Positions 57,466 through 64,000 of a stretch of 64,000 nt of DNA are shown here, piece by piece. A model generated the notes under the pieces. The model saw only the letters and a list, made by a program, of their open reading frames with translations, did not search any database and was not told the DNA's origin. The first letter of the stretch is position 1. Each line of letters starts with the position of its first letter. The position numbers and the translations under genes were made by a program. Where the stretch lies: positions 224,001 to 288,000 of the forward strand of contig JAVZHQ010000001.1 in the NCBI GenBank assembly GCA_038998335.1. Reading direction: 5' to 3'. This stretch comes from Candidatus Aenigmatarchaeota archaeon (GTDB lineage Archaea > Aenigmatarchaeota > Aenigmatarchaeia > CG10238-14 > SCSR01).

Positions 57466-57825
57466 ATGAGTGCTGCTTTACAAGCTTTAAGTATATTACT
57501 TTTGTTTCTTGGAGAAGCTTTAGCGATTTATTCTGAGATTGCTGGCGCAAACAAAGTTTTGAATGAGAATAAAATATCAAGCGAAACATTCCTTTGGTTT
57601 TTTCTTTTGATAACTATCGCAGGATTACCTTTAATAGCTGGTTATTTTTTGGGAATAATTGCTTTTAAAAACATTTGGATAGTAAGCGTAGTTTCAATAG
57701 TTTCTATTTTGATAGTAGAACCAATTTTAGCCTATTTAATTTTTAAACAATTCCCAACTTATGGAGCGTTAATTGGTTTAATTCTAGGTTCAGTTGGTTT
57801 GATTATAACCTTAGTTGTAAAGTAG
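57466..57825 (+). CDS. small 4-TM membrane protein
   Basis: Four hydrophobic helices. Confidence 0.65.
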   Translation: MSAALQALSILLLFLGEALAIYSEIAGANKVLNENKISSETFLWFFLLITIAGLPLIAGYFLGIIAFKNIWIVSVVSIVSILIVEPILAYLIFKQFPTYGALIGLILGSVGLIITLVVK

Positions 57826-57855
57826 AAAATTTTTGTAAAGTTTAAATAGGAAAAA

Positions 57856-58104
57856 TTAATCTCTTTTCTTGAAACTTTTGAGAAATTTGACGTAATTCTT
57901 TAAAAAAAGAAAATCCCCTAAAATTGTAATTCCTAGCTCTGCCCCAAGAATGTATGGATTTTGTTCAGCAGCCCTAAAATATCCGTTTGTTGCTATCTCA
58001 TAAAACAAAAGGTTTTGAAGAAAAAGAGCACCGCCTATTATGCTATAATAAGCTATGTCTAAAATCTTTTCCTTATAATTCTTCAATCTTTCTGTTTTTT
58101 TCAT
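57856..58104 (-). CDS. small 2-TM membrane protein
   Basis: Two hydrophobic segments. Confidence 0.55.
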   Translation of the reverse strand: MKKTERLKNYKEKILDIAYYSIIGGALFLQNLLFYEIATNGYFRAAEQNPYILGAELGITILGDFLFLKNYVKFLKSFKKRD

Positions 58105-58184
58105 GGGAAAAAGTTAAAAACAAAAAAATTTAAGCTTTTTTGCTTCTTGGAAATAAAAAATATCATAAAAGTTAATTTTAATTT

Positions 58185-58832
58185 ATGGATGAATTTTTGC
58201 TTAACAGGTTTTTAATTCCTTTGGTTTTAACTGCAATTTTCTTTTATTTTCAAGCTTATTGGAAAAATTTGGAAAATTTTCTCAAAAAAAGAATTAAAAA
58301 TAAAAGGAAGCTTAAAACCTTTTTGTTTTTATTAGACTGCTTAAAAGTTAAGAGGGTAAGTTTAAAAAGAATTGTTTTTGTTCCTCTAGTTTATTCTATC
58401 CTGCTTGAAGTTTTTCTTTCTTTAATTTTTCATAACCCTTTGCACGGATTTTTTGAACCGGTTTGGTTTGCAGGTTTGACCTCTGGCTTTCTTTCTCCAA
58501 TTGCTGAAGAATTTTTAACAAGAGCTGTATTTCTTGGCTTTTGTGGTTCAGGCTTGCTAGCTGTTTTAAAGTTGAGGGGAGTGAAATTTAACAGAGAAAA
58601 AGAGTATGCTTACTATTTTGTATGGCTTCTTATTTCCTCGCTTGTTTTTGTTCTTGCTCATGAAAATTTTACTCTTTTCCAGTTTATTCTTAGGTTTTCT
58701 CTTTCCATGCTTTACGGAATTCTTTACTTAGTTAACAGAAGAAATGTTTTGCCTAGCATAGTAGCTCATGCTAGTGCTAACTGGTTTATAATCTTGAAGG
58801 ATTATATACTTGGGTTTGAAAGTATTATTTAA
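58185..58832 (+). CDS. CPBP (Abi/CAAX) family intramembrane metalloprotease
   Basis: PIAEEFLTR, FVLAH, AHASAN. Confidence 0.8.
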   Translation: MDEFLLNRFLIPLVLTAIFFYFQAYWKNLENFLKKRIKNKRKLKTFLFLLDCLKVKRVSLKRIVFVPLVYSILLEVFLSLIFHNPLHGFFEPVWFAGLTSGFLSPIAEEFLTRAVFLGFCGSGLLAVLKLRGVKFNREKEYAYYFVWLLISSLVFVLAHENFTLFQFILRFSLSMLYGILYLVNRRNVLPSIVAHASANWFIILKDYILGFESII

Positions 58833-58842
58833 AGTAAGTTTT

Positions 58843-59127
58843 TCACTCCCTCACTATTCTTCCACTTCTTGGTACAGAAACCTGAAGCTTATCCCTAAAC
58901 TCAGTAACAAAAGCTCCTGTTATCGAAACAGTATCTCCTATGCTTACAGCTTTTATTTGCTCTCCCCACAAAGTTAAAGTTACTTGCCCAGTTTCATCTT
59001 CAATAGTAGCGTCGGCAACACTTCTTTTGCCATACCTTGTCATTACTTCACGTTTATCAGAAATGTCAATAACTTTTGCTCTTAAGCTTACGTTACTCAT
59101 TCCATTTTTTAACTCGTTTATTTTCAT
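58843..59127 (-). CDS. ssb: single OB-fold ssDNA-binding protein (SSB/RPA)
   Basis: MKINELK.G, DETGQVTLTLWGE, GAFVTEFRDKLQ. Confidence 0.85.
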   Translation of the reverse strand: MKINELKNGMSNVSLRAKVIDISDKREVMTRYGKRSVADATIEDETGQVTLTLWGEQIKAVSIGDTVSITGAFVTEFRDKLQVSVPRSGRIVRE

Positions 59128-59131
59128 TCTT

Positions 59132-59332
59132 TCACAATTTTAAATCGTGTTTAAAGTTATTAAGCTTTGCTTTTTCTAAAGGCCAGGCATCTTCTATTAG
59201 TAAATCAGGAACGTTTTCTAAAACAGGAAAAGCAAGCTCGCATTTTTTGCAAACCAAAAACATTTCCTTTTCTTCTATCTTTTCCTTGCATTTTGGACAA
59301 GCCAAAATTTCTAAAAGCTCTTTTGGAAGCAT
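59132..59332 (-). CDS. Trm112-family methyltransferase activator
   Basis: LLEILACPKCK...LVCKKC...FPV..VPDLL. Confidence 0.85.
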   Translation of the reverse strand: MLPKELLEILACPKCKEKIEEKEMFLVCKKCELAFPVLENVPDLLIEDAWPLEKAKLNNFKHDLKL

Positions 59333-59366
59333 AAGGATTATTTGAAAATTTAAAAATAAAACTTTT

Positions 59367-60326
59367 TTATTTAAAGCTTGGATAAGTTCCAGGTTTCATG
59401 AAAACCTTATCAGTTTTTATTGCTATCCCTTTCTTCTTTTCAAACATTTCCTCGCTACTCAAAACAGCTTTTCCTAAGGCAACTAGCTCTTCTTTCAAAG
59501 TATAAACAGCTACTATTTCATTTTTCTCTATTCCTTCTTGAATTCTTGTTAAGCCTGAGCAGAAAACTGGCGCTCCATGACAAATTGAATCGACAGCAGA
59601 ATCTTTAACAAAAACTCTTTTTAAGTGCAAAACAGCGAACTCAACAGGAATCAAAATTTCTTTTAAAAATTTTTCATTTCCTTCTTTCCAAAATTCATAA
59701 GCATCCCTAATCTCCACTAAGGAATGAGCCTGCTCTTCAGTAAAATTTCCTGCTTTTGTCCTTCTTAGCTCAGTTAAATGAGCTCCTATTCCTAAGTTTA
59801 AGCCTAAATCGCTAACAAGCTTTCTTATATAAACTCCAGCTTGGCATCCAACTTTAAACAAAACATCCTTTCCTTCAATTTCCAAAATATCAAAAAAATA
59901 AACTCTTTTTTCTCTTGGTTTTCTTGCAACTGCACTTCTTACAGGCGGGACTTGAACTATTTTCCCAACAAACTTTTTTACTCCTTCTCTTAAAATTTCT
60001 TCATCAACTTGCTTGTGTAAGTGCATCACTCCTACGTATTCTTTATCTAAACCTAAAAGCACACTCATAGCTTTTGTTGCGTTATCTAAGGCTACAGGTA
60101 AAACTCCAGTCACACCAGGATTTCCTCAAAGCTCTAAGGTCCCAGCATGACCAGCCTTTTTTGCTTGAAATATTTCTTTTATCCACTGAGTTACTTGATG
60201 GCTTGTTGGTCCTGCATGCTTATCAACTATTATCACAGAATTTTTTATTTGCTCTTCTATGCTTCTCTGGCTAGGCCTTTTCCCATAACTTTCGTCAGTT
60301 TCTTCTTCTGCTTTAATCAGCCAGAT
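59367..60326 (-). CDS. cbf5: H/ACA pseudouridine synthase Cbf5; exon 1 60326-60134, intron 60133-60122, exon 2 60121-59367
   Basis: DKHAGPTSHQV...GHAGTL[D]PGVTGVL, GVYIRKL, ELRRT, C-terminal PUA domain; start apparently ATC. Confidence 0.9.
60122..60133 (-). other. 12-nt BHB mRNA intron in cbf5
   Basis: AGCTTTGAGGAA contains an in-frame TGA; its removal gives GAT (Asp); central helix CCUU/GAGG, bulges AGA and AAA. Confidence 0.88.
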
Positions 60327-61267
60327 TTTTTCACCCCCTTGACTTTAAGGCCATGCGCAAAAAACTCTCTTATCATAAGAAAAACAAAGACTATAGCTGC
60401 TATAAGAATTACTAGAAAAACTGGAAACAGTTGAGAGGAAATTTTCCAATTTCCTATGGTAATTTCAGGGAATTGGATATTGCCAATAGACCAAGTTGGA
60501 AATTGGATTTCGCCTTGAGGTTTTTGGGTTTGAGTTGTAATTTTTTTAACTTTTATGCTAAAAGGAAAGGTAAAGTTACACTCTCTACTAGTTACGTTTA
60601 AAACAAAAGAATAATACTTGTCCTCAGTTAAATTTGGTGTTACAAAATCAAACTTTATGTCAACATAACCAAAAGGGGGAAGGGAAACTAATTCTAAAGG
60701 TTTAGGATAAACTTTAAGCTCAGAAAAAATTGAGTAGTTTAAGCCAAATAAACTGTTACCTAAGTTTGTCATTCTTACAGAATAATTTATTGTTTGAGAA
60801 GAGTTAAACTCCTGAGCTTGTAGACTTAAGTTTACATTGCAAGAAAGGTTCTGTGAAGTTTCGTTCCTCACATTTGTTATATTTGTTGTGTTTTTAATAA
60901 CAATAAAATCTAGGAAAGGTTCAACAGTTACCGAAGTTCCGTTTATATCCTCAGCAGTGATGTTTGCTAACACATAGTAGCCTTCTTTTTCTTTTATTGA
61001 AGAAAACCATAAACCATTTCTGTTTGTCCCTATTTCAAGGCTAAGATTAATGATTTTATAGCCAACTAGCTTAAAATCTAGAGTATGAGTTAAAAGAGTT
61101 GCATAAACTTTTGTTACGTTAGTATCAGAAGTAACATTAGCTGAGAGAATTAAAGAAGTGTTTTCATAAACTATTCCTTTAGGAGTGAGCCTGTAGGAGT
61201 TTATAGAAATGGCTTGAGAAACTGGAATTAAAAGGAAAAAAATTAAGAGCAAGAGTGACTTCTTCAT
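60317..61267 (-). CDS. secreted, membrane-anchored Ig-like surface protein
   Basis: Signal peptide; many N-x-S/T sequons; C-terminal TM helix. Confidence 0.7.
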   Translation of the reverse strand: MKKSLLLLIFFLLIPVSQAISINSYRLTPKGIVYENTSLILSANVTSDTNVTKVYATLLTHTLDFKLVGYKIINLSLEIGTNRNGLWFSSIKEKEGYYVLANITAEDINGTSVTVEPFLDFIVIKNTTNITNVRNETSQNLSCNVNLSLQAQEFNSSQTINYSVRMTNLGNSLFGLNYSIFSELKVYPKPLELVSLPPFGYVDIKFDFVTPNLTEDKYYSFVLNVTSRECNFTFPFSIKVKKITTQTQKPQGEIQFPTWSIGNIQFPEITIGNWKISSQLFPVFLVILIAAIVFVFLMIREFFAHGLKVKGVKKSG

Positions 61268-61292
61268 AATTATTTTTTTGTTAAACTTGGAA

Positions 61293-62129
61293 TTATTTCT
61301 TTCCTTTTTTAGGTTTTGTCCAAAATCTTATCGCAACAATAATTATTGCCACGATTGCTAATATAATAGTTGCTAAAAGTTGTGGGCTGCTTGCTATTAA
61401 ACCAAATAAACCTGTTGGAATTGGTGCTATTATCTCCTCTTGATAAGGAGTAATTTTGCTGCTTTTTGCTTCTAGTTGATAGGTTTTTCCTTTAACCTTG
61501 AAGGATACCTTTGCTATTATTTCCCCTTCTTCTAATGAAGGATAAACCGAAAAGTAAGAGACTTTTGTTTCACCTGGTTTGATTTCTTGAGTTACTTGTG
61601 AGGGAGTATAATTCCATGTTTCTGGAACACTTAAGTTTAGAGATACACTTACAGTTTCTGATTCTTCATTTTTAATTCCAATTCCAAAACTAAACTTTTT
61701 ATCTGCTAATACAGACTCAGGCTCTATTAAATATTCAACACTTACTTTGGGAACCTCTTCCTTTTTAACTTCTAAGTCAACTGTTTTTATGTCATAAAAT
61801 CTTGGAGAAGCTAACCTTACGTATAGCTTGTAATTTCCTTCGAGATAACTTGGAATTGTTAAATTGACCTCAATATCTTTTGTTTCTTTTGGTTGAAGTT
61901 CAAACGATTCAGGAAAAATTGTAGCACCAGAGATTCCGCTTACTTCTACTGTTAAGTTTGCAAGAGTTGAATTGAGCAAGTTTGTTGCTTGAACTTTAAA
62001 GCTTACAGTAGAGCCTGCGTTTACGCTTAAATTTTGTGGGACTGAAAGCTTAAAAGGAAGAAAGAAGTATGCTCTAACTAAAGGTAAAGATAGTAAAATT
62101 GCAGCTGCGATTATTATAAACTTTTTCAT
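61293..62129 (-). CDS. secreted, membrane-anchored Ig-like (NEW3/CARDB-like) protein
   Basis: Signal peptide; LSVPETW, IKPGETK; PTG followed by C-terminal TM helix. Confidence 0.7.
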   Translation of the reverse strand: MKKFIIIAAAILLSLPLVRAYFFLPFKLSVPQNLSVNAGSTVSFKVQATNLLNSTLANLTVEVSGISGATIFPESFELQPKETKDIEVNLTIPSYLEGNYKLYVRLASPRFYDIKTVDLEVKKEEVPKVSVEYLIEPESVLADKKFSFGIGIKNEESETVSVSLNLSVPETWNYTPSQVTQEIKPGETKVSYFSVYPSLEEGEIIAKVSFKVKGKTYQLEAKSSKITPYQEEIIAPIPTGLFGLIASSPQLLATIILAIVAIIIVAIRFWTKPKKGKK

Positions 62130-63040
62130 GCTGTTTCACCCTTTTTCATAGTTTCTTCCTTTTTCCTTATTTCTTTAGATTTATACATACCATAAATGTT
62201 CCAGGCTATGATGATTAAAAAGATTATGTTTAAAACTATAAGAACTGGTGAAATTTCCTGAATCGCAGCTAAATAGCTTGTTATTTCTTCCTCAGGAAAT
62301 TCTTCTTCAGGTTTAAATGAAATAGGGGTTAAAATTGGCCCAAGTTTTGTAAAATTGGCCAATTCTCCCTTATAAGGATATTCAAGTACTATTGAAACAC
62401 TTCCTGTTATGTTTGAGGGGGTAATGTTAAAGGTTAGAGTGGAAGCTTCGCCTGGTTTAAGTTTTAAAGATTTAATTCCATCTTCATAAACCCATTGTTC
62501 AGGGAGTTTTAAGTAAATTTTTATTTCTTCTTCAACACTCCCTTTATTCTCTATGGTAACGTTCAAAGGAAAGCTTTGGTTTTCTATTATAGTTTGCGGG
62601 ACTATTATTCTTGAAAGAGAAAATTCTGCTTTTGGCTTTGCTCTAATTTTTAAAGTTGCTACTCCTTCTGTCCTGTAGGCAGTGTAAGTTTCTTGAGCTA
62701 TAATATTTGCTACATAAACCTTTTCTTCTTCTATGTTGTCAGGGATTTTTATTTTAAGCTGGAATTCTCCTGGTTTAGTGAAAGGAATAACTTCAAAATA
62801 ATCTGGCTCGATCACGTAAGTAAGAGGCAAGTCTTCAACAAAGACAAAAACTTTTCTCATCCAAGTTCCTTTTGAAGAAATCTTTCCTGAGACTACTATT
62901 TCTTCTCCTGCAAAACCTTCAACCTCTTTCGGTAGGGTTACTGTTAATTTTCTTCTTGTTACTGGTACAGAGTTTGCTAGTTCGATTAGAAGCGAACTTA
63001 CTACTAGACAAACAATTAAAGCTAAAGTCAACTTTTTCAT
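62126..63040 (-). CDS. secreted, membrane-anchored Ig-like (NEW3/CARDB-like) protein
   Basis: Signal peptide; IENKG, LKLPEQW, LKPGEAS; C-terminal TM helix. Confidence 0.7.
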   Translation of the reverse strand: MKKLTLALIVCLVVSSLLIELANSVPVTRRKLTVTLPKEVEGFAGEEIVVSGKISSKGTWMRKVFVFVEDLPLTYVIEPDYFEVIPFTKPGEFQLKIKIPDNIEEEKVYVANIIAQETYTAYRTEGVATLKIRAKPKAEFSLSRIIVPQTIIENQSFPLNVTIENKGSVEEEIKIYLKLPEQWVYEDGIKSLKLKPGEASTLTFNITPSNITGSVSIVLEYPYKGELANFTKLGPILTPISFKPEEEFPEEEITSYLAAIQEISPVLIVLNIIFLIIIAWNIYGMYKSKEIRKKEETMKKGETA

Positions 63041-63053
63041 TATTACTTAATAG

Positions 63054-63077
63054 TATGCAAAGCTTTTTATTTGCATA
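63054..63077. promoter_or_regulatory. palindromic candidate operator TATGCAAA-N8-TTTGCATA
   Basis: Perfect 8-bp inverted repeat over the surface-protein operon promoter; the half-site recurs at 63290-63297. Confidence 0.5.
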
Positions 63078-63309
63078 GGAAAAAACCTTTTTAACTTTTC
63101 TATTTTTTTGGCAAAAAACTTATAAACTTAATCTTTATTTATCACTAGTCGATAAAAAATTTTATATTTTAATCTCGGGTTTTCGACAAAAGTTTGGAAG
63201 ATTCGTTCTACTTTTTTTAGTTAATCTGTTTAGATTAAGTAATAGTTAATTAATATAAAGCAAAAAAGTTAATTTATAATTAAAGAAAATTTGCATAATA
63301 AGGGAGAAA

Positions 63310-63606
63310 ATGCCAAAAAAAGTTTTTGAATATCCTGACGAAGAAAGACTCGAGATATTAATTTTGGCAAACTCACCTTGTACACCAACAGAAATTCTTG
63401 AGCTTGAGAAAATTCCCATAAGGCCTGATACTCTAGAAACCATAAAGAAAAGGATGGACTGGCTTTGTAATCAGGGGAAAGTAAAGAAAAAGAAAATTGC
63501 CCAAGGAAATATATACTGGCATTCTAAGATAGAAGAGTTTAAGAAAAGAATTGTGCTTAAACTGACCAAAAAAATAATCTCTGTTCCTGGAAATCATATC
63601 GAGTAG
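63310..63606 (+). CDS. small winged-helix protein
   Basis: CTPTEIL...ETIKKRMDWLCNQGKVKKKKI..GNIYW. Confidence 0.65.
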   Translation: MPKKVFEYPDEERLEILILANSPCTPTEILELEKIPIRPDTLETIKKRMDWLCNQGKVKKKKIAQGNIYWHSKIEEFKKRIVLKLTKKIISVPGNHIE

Positions 63607-63948
63607 TTACTTTTTCTTTTCTTTCTTGGATTTTTCTTCTTTAGGTTTTTCTTTTTCCTTTGCTGCTTTTATTTCTGCCTCGCTTGGGAACTTAAGCTCA
63701 AGTTTACTTGCTATTTCTGAGTTTTTAAAGGCTTGGATAACTTCTTCGTCGCTAGCATCTTCTTTTATTTCAAGTTTATAAGGCAAAGGTTCTAAGTGTG
63801 TTATGTTGCACTTTCTTCTTTTCACTCCTGTAAGTATTTTTGGGCCTGTAACTAGAACAAAGCTTTTATCTATTTTTTTAACAACTACACAATACTTCCC
63901 TGCTTCTCTTCCGCTAATTTTCAAGCACACTCTTCCTATATCAAGCAT
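63607..63948 (-). CDS. rpl14e: 50S ribosomal protein L14e
   Basis: IGRVCLKISGREAGKYCVVV, TGPK.LTGVKRRKCNI.HLEP. Confidence 0.93.
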   Translation of the reverse strand: MLDIGRVCLKISGREAGKYCVVVKKIDKSFVLVTGPKILTGVKRRKCNITHLEPLPYKLEIKEDASDEEVIQAFKNSEIASKLELKFPSEAEIKAAKEKEKPKEEKSKKEKKK

Positions 63949-64000
63949 TCTCCCACTCCTTTCTTGCTTTTTCCTTTAGAAATTCTTTTAAGCAGTTACT
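63941..64000 (-). CDS. rpl34e: C-terminus of probable ribosomal protein L34e (partial)
   Basis: SNCLKEFLKEKARKEWENA*, directly upstream of rpl14e. Confidence 0.6.
   Translation of the reverse strand, partial: SNCLKEFLKEKARKEWENA

Noticed and set aside
59367-60326. cbf5 as a pseudogene, or as the 248-aa ORF in the track
   Set aside because: The stop codon lies within a well-formed BHB intron whose removal restores the catalytic Asp.
63080-63290. Replication origin in the AT-rich intergenic region
   Set aside because: No ORB repeats or adjacent cdc6/orc1; explained by divergent promoters.
2678-63443. Many short antisense or overlapping ORFs in the track (e.g. 5244-5462, 15261-15512, 28741-29124, 45957-46379, 51934-52272)
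   Set aside because: Shadows of confidently assigned genes, with no recognisable motifs.
1-64000. CRISPR array, rRNA genes, IS elements
   Set aside because: No regularly spaced repeats, rRNA-like stretches or transposase motifs seen.

Overview
AT-rich, gene-dense archaeal chromosome segment (rpl10e, rpl14e, rpl34e, Cbf5, NurA, SepF, geranylgeranyl reductase, BHB introns). A DPANN-type lineage such as Aenigmarchaeota is my unverified inference. It carries nucleotide biosynthesis genes (purM, purB, carAB, pyrBI, pyrH, thyX, glyA), a stand-alone formate dehydrogenase alpha subunit with mobA, an intein-containing PEP synthase and three tRNAs. Main observations: (1) A tRNA-Ser(UGA) locus whose 5' leader holds a D'/C' box guide complementary to its own unspliced anticodon loop (D+5 = U34), and whose 59-nt intron has full box C/D sRNA geometry. 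(2) A 12-nt BHB mRNA intron splitting the catalytic Asp codon of cbf5, and a 12-nt non-canonical 29/30 intron in tRNA-Thr(GGU). (3) A ~7.6-kb cluster (32.4-40.1 kb) with three paralogous coiled-coil/winged-helix proteins interleaved with two paralogous large SAM methyltransferases (one fused to tandem HTH modules), plus a radical SAM gene, shared promoter motifs and a hidden frameshift. (4) Small genes missed by the ORF track, including a short histone-fold protein. All product calls come from recognising motifs by eye; no searches were run.
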